Positions 61,958 through 64,000 of a stretch of 64,000 nt of DNA are shown piece by piece (the stretch's first letter is position 1; each line of letters starts with the position of its first letter). Origin of the DNA: Leptogorgia sarmentosa (taxonomy: Eukaryota). The position numbers and the translations under genes were made by a program. Below the pieces are notes generated by a model. The model was not told where the DNA came from, made no database searches, and saw nothing but the letters and a program-made list of their open reading frames with translations. The stretch is from NCBI GenBank assembly GCA_964658305.1, contig OZ210885.1:2356001-2420000 (forward strand). Reading direction: 5' to 3'.

Positions 61958-62673
61958 GTTTGATTTACTTTGCGAATACGTCATGTAAGATAGGTGTACT
62001 GTGTCCACTGAGCTATACCAAACTGCTGGAGCACAGTGAACTGTAATTTCAATTCTGGAATGACAGCGCGGAAACTTGCTTTAAGACTACGTTCACACTA
62101 TGCCGGCACGGTTTGAAAACGGCCATGCGTTCACAGCTGTGCCGGAGTGAAATTGTTTGAAAACGTCACTTTTGCCGTTACGATTTGACCACGCTTTCCA
62201 ACGGCGGTGAAACGAAAACGGACCTGCCGGCGTAGTATGAACATCGGTTCCGTTATATTTTTATTCCAGTTTAGCCTCATATTTAACGCTCAAACACTCG
62301 CTAAGCCTCAAAATTTACTTAGCGGCCTTTGTGAACGCAAACGCAGATTTGGACGGCCGGGGGCGACTGTGGGTCCAAATGAACGGGGGTCTAAATCAAC
62401 TGGGACACCTGGTTATCTTCAAAAGATAATTCTATATCTTTGTTAATTCGATAAGCATTCTATATCTTTATTAATTTGTGTACAAATCAATGTTGAGACA
62501 AAAACACCATGTTATTCAGAATTACTTTTTAAAGACATCTTGAACGCTAAATCAGTGCAGCAAAATAGCCAGCAAAATGCCTTGACAAAATGACAAATTG
62601 AATGTTCACACGATTACACTGAATGATTTAAATGCGACACCACAGAATCTGTCCAATCAAGACTTGCTTATTA

Positions 62674-64000
62674 TCACTCACATAGATCGCTGTCTTGTGG
62701 AAGTCTTTCATATTTATGGACGTAATTCGAAAACCGAATGTACACCAACAAGGAAATTAAGAACGCAGCTGACGACAACGAATAGATAAATAATGTCAAA
62801 TGTGTTCCCAAGGCATGAAACAGAACTCCCATGAGGGTCGATCCAGCGTCAAATCCAACACCAAAAACTGTTTCTTGTATTCCTAAAAATATCAAAATTC
62901 ATCATCAAAGCAACACTAACTATAAATCCCGAAAGGAAAAATATTGTATGAGGTGTAATATCAATTTTATACCACAAAAATTCTGCAAAACCTATCGCTA
63001 GAAAGAAAACGTCTAAAGTTTTCCACTATCCTCTATATTATGAATGTTTATGAATGATGTTGTGACGTACTCAGGTGCAGAATGTTATTGTGATGGTACT
63101 CCGAGTATATACCCACACCGGGCAGGCTGAAGCCTGGCCTCGGTGGGAATCGAATCCGTGACCTTTGGTTTACTAGTCCAATATGAACGTTTATATTATA
63201 TCAGAAACTTACAGATATCGAAGGAACTAGTGAGTTCCGACATATCATACATTTGAACCGACTTGACCTCGTAGCTCAGTTGGTAGAGCATTGGCCATTG
63301 GACTAGTAAAGCAAAGGTCGCGTGTTCGATTCCCACCGAGGCCAGGCTAATTTTTCAGGCTGCCCGGTGTGGGTATATACTCAGAGTAACATCACAATAA
63401 CATCCTCTATATTGCTGTGAACCATGCATGCGGTGATGCGGAAACTAATTATTCTGTGTGCGAGTAACCTTCTAACGTTTCAAATTATGACCTAGGGTTG
63501 CATGATTGTATTCAAAGGCGTTTGTCTTAAAAGGGGGGTTAGGGCTAAGTCAAACGTCGAACTTATCAGGTGCCGAACCTAATGCAAATGAGCTCAAACA
63601 AAGAACTTGGCTCCGATTAACATTAGGTTCGGCACATGAAAAGTTCGGCGTTTGACATAGTCCTTACAGTCTCGCTCTTGTGCGATATAGCTACTGCCTT
63701 TGATTACAAATACATTTTCTCCTTTTATGTATCTTGTTGAATAAACCGTTTTTACCACAAGCACCAACTTAATTCTCGTGAGGGACTTTGATCAGATGAC
63801 CTACCTAGAATCATACTTGCGTTTTCCTTCGATGCAGCCTTGTAGAAAACCACAGTGAAGGCGCAATAACTGATACCAAGGGCAGCTGCTTGAAATGTGT
63901 CGATGACCAGAACCAACCACGCAATACGTGTGAATGAGAGAGCAAGAAATGACGAGGAATACAGAAACAATGCGATACAAACGGTTTGTAAATCACCAAT
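62674..64000 (-). CDS. MFS transporter, MFSD6-like, last two exons (gene starts right of the window)
   Basis: Exon >64000-63805 IGDLQTVCIALFLY..AWLVLVIDTFQAAALGISY..ENASMIL (donor G|GTAGGT) joined to 62882-62674 GIQETVFGVGFDAGSTLMGVLF..*; resembles the C-terminal helices of MFSD6. Confidence 0.75.
63082..63182 (-). mobile_element. 5'-truncated tRNA-derived SINE
   Basis: Reverse complement of 63297-63403, including the B box and 3' body. Confidence 0.75.
63265..63403 (+). mobile_element. tRNA-Thr(AGT)-derived SINE
   Basis: A box TAGCTCAGTTGG, anticodon-like loop CTAGTAA, B box GTTCGATTCC, then a ~60-nt non-tRNA body shared with the second copy. Confidence 0.75.
63542..63663. mobile_element. 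PIF/Harbinger-like MITE with TTA TSD
   Basis: GGGCTAAGTCAAACGTCGAACTT..GTGCCGAACCTAATG / CATTAGGTTCGGCAC..AAGTTCGGCGTTTGACATAGTCC; TTA on both sides. Confidence 0.75.

Noticed and set aside
63265..63345. Functional tRNA-Thr gene
   Set aside because: The anticodon stem is disrupted by an insertion and mismatches, and a non-tRNA 3' body is shared with a second copy, which fits a SINE.

Overview
AT-rich animal genomic DNA with spliceosomal introns; a cnidarian (anthozoan) source is my inference from the gene and repeat content, not something the sequence proves. There is no prokaryotic system, CRISPR array, rRNA or intact tRNA. Twelve protein-coding genes can be reconstructed by hand from phase-consistent splice sites. 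Left to right: a secreted transthyretin-like + gluzincin metallopeptidase (runs off the left edge); three intronless GILT/IFI30 paralogues with a divergent SoxE-like gene between copies 1 and 2; SPT2; an atypical RERG/RASL-type small GTPase; LONRF; an orphan class A GPCR; an astacin; CCDC59/TAP26; and the 3' end of an MFSD6-like transporter. Introns and intergenic DNA are dense with MITEs, a tRNA-Thr-derived SINE pair, minisatellites and two tandem duplications. The most striking non-genic signal is a family of long palindromes whose arms differ in sequence but which keep GNA loops and tandem G.A mismatches, suggesting selection on a single-stranded DNA hairpin; one copy carries a Crypton-like recombinase exon fragment. 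All calls are by eye and unverified by database search or RNA data.
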